Part shown: one piece after another, positions 37,956-38,763 of the stretch
Layout: each line of letters starts with the position of its first letter
Position numbering within the stretch: the stretch's first letter is position 1
Sequence record: SRR20825010_1094
DNA: 38,763 bases
Direction: 5' to 3' (one strand)
The notes under the pieces: model-generated
Seen by the model: the letters and a program-made list of their open reading frames with translations, nothing else
Database searches by the model: none
Told to the model about the DNA's origin: nothing
Position numbers and translations under genes: made by a program

Positions 37956-38582
37956 ATGGCCAAACTGTATTTTTATTATTCCGCGATGAATGCGGGTAAA
38001 ACCACAACTCTCCTGCAATCCAGCTTCAACTATCAAGAGCGCGGCATGAACACAATGTTGTTCACGGCGTCTATTGATGACCGTTTTGGTGAGGCTGTCA
38101 TTGCTTCCCGTATCGGCCTCAAAGCTGGTGCACATCTATTCGACGCGAATATTGACCTTTTTGTCAAGATTGCAGATGCGCTAAAAACGCGCCCCATCCA
38201 TTGTATCCTTGTGGACGAGGCCCAATTCCTGACCAAGGACCACGTATTCCAGTTGGCGTCGGTGGCCGATGTGCTGAAAATACCGGTGCTTTGTTACGGC
38301 CTTCGAACTGACTTCCAAGCCACGCTTTTTGAAGGCAGCAAATGGCTTCTCGCCATCGCCGATGAACTGCATGAGTTGAAGACAATATGCAAATGCGGCT
38401 CTAAGGCCACCATGAACCTGCGCATTGATGCTGAAGGCCGTGCGGTAAGCGAGGGTGCGTCTATCGAGATCGGAGGCAACGACCGTTATATCGCGCTGTG
38501 CCGCAAGCATTTCATGGAGAAATTGAACGGCCCCGGCAAGTTGCCGGAGCTTTCACCAACCGCGCTGGATATGGACAGCTGA
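37956..38582 (+). CDS. tdk: Thymidine kinase
   Basis: [42 protein letters not shown]. Confidence 0.96.
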   Translation: MAKLYFYYSAMNAGKTTTLLQSSFNYQERGMNTMLFTASIDDRFGEAVIASRIGLKAGAHLFDANIDLFVKIADALKTRPIHCILVDEAQFLTKDHVFQLASVADVLKIPVLCYGLRTDFQATLFEGSKWLLAIADELHELKTICKCGSKATMNLRIDAEGRAVSEGASIEIGGNDRYIALCRKHFMEKLNGPGKLPELSPTALDMDS

Positions 38583-38585
38583 GGG

Positions 38586-38762
38586 CTAGGATTGCCTTAT
38601 ACGCTTTTTGGGTTTGAGGCCAAAATCCCGGCGACCAAAGCGGTAGATGAGAAGCGCCAAGCCTGAGAGCGCAAAGATAAAAGCCGTTCCCGCAGCCACC
38701 ATCACAAGCGGGTTATTGAAATTATCTCGCGTGTCATAATCCATGATGTGCAGCATCCAGAA
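38586..38762 (-). CDS. C-terminus of a PepSY-associated TM-helix protein (truncated by window edge; not in ORF track)
   Basis: Minus-strand frame reads FWMLHIMDYDTRDNFNNPLVMVAAGTAFIFALSGLALLIYRFGRRDFGLKPKKRIRQS*; WMLHIMDY..NFNNPL is typical of PepSY-TM proteins. Confidence 0.7.
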   Translation of the reverse strand, partial: FWMLHIMDYDTRDNFNNPLVMVAAGTAFIFALSGLALLIYRFGRRDFGLKPKKRIRQS

Positions 38763-38763
38763 G

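Overview
A 38.8-kb, densely coding chromosomal segment from an alphaproteobacterium (inferred from gene content and protein style; probably a marine heterotroph, possibly Kordiimonas-like). I saw no rRNA, tRNA, CRISPR array or mobile element. The left part (1-15.9 kb) holds housekeeping and stress genes: aminotransferase, EamA transporter, SdpR/SdpI, Dps, a PuuB-like oxidase, ArsR-SRPBCC, feoAB with a Fur-like box, an exported dipeptidase, a tricorn-like S41 protease, a spinster-like MFS transporter and a YejM-like membrane hydrolase. The right part (15.9-38.6 kb) is one coherent locus of 18 genes that looks like a 'nucleic-acid utilisation locus', analogous to a polysaccharide utilisation locus. 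It contains a RutR-like regulator, an Oar-type TonB-dependent receptor, an exported S1/P1 nuclease, deoB, deoA, cdd, a BMP-family nucleoside ABC transporter, upp, a purine PRTase, a trimeric PNP, an ALDH16-type dehydrogenase, a eukaryote-like deoC, a nucleobase permease, an exported adenosine deaminase and tdk. The key evidence read directly from the DNA is a recurring 16-bp palindrome TTGAC-N6-GTCAA (RutR-box-like). It occurs upstream of the TonB receptor (twice), between the divergent bmp and upp genes (twice) and upstream of deoC, which ties the receptor to the nucleoside regulon. All product calls come from motif recognition, not database searches.
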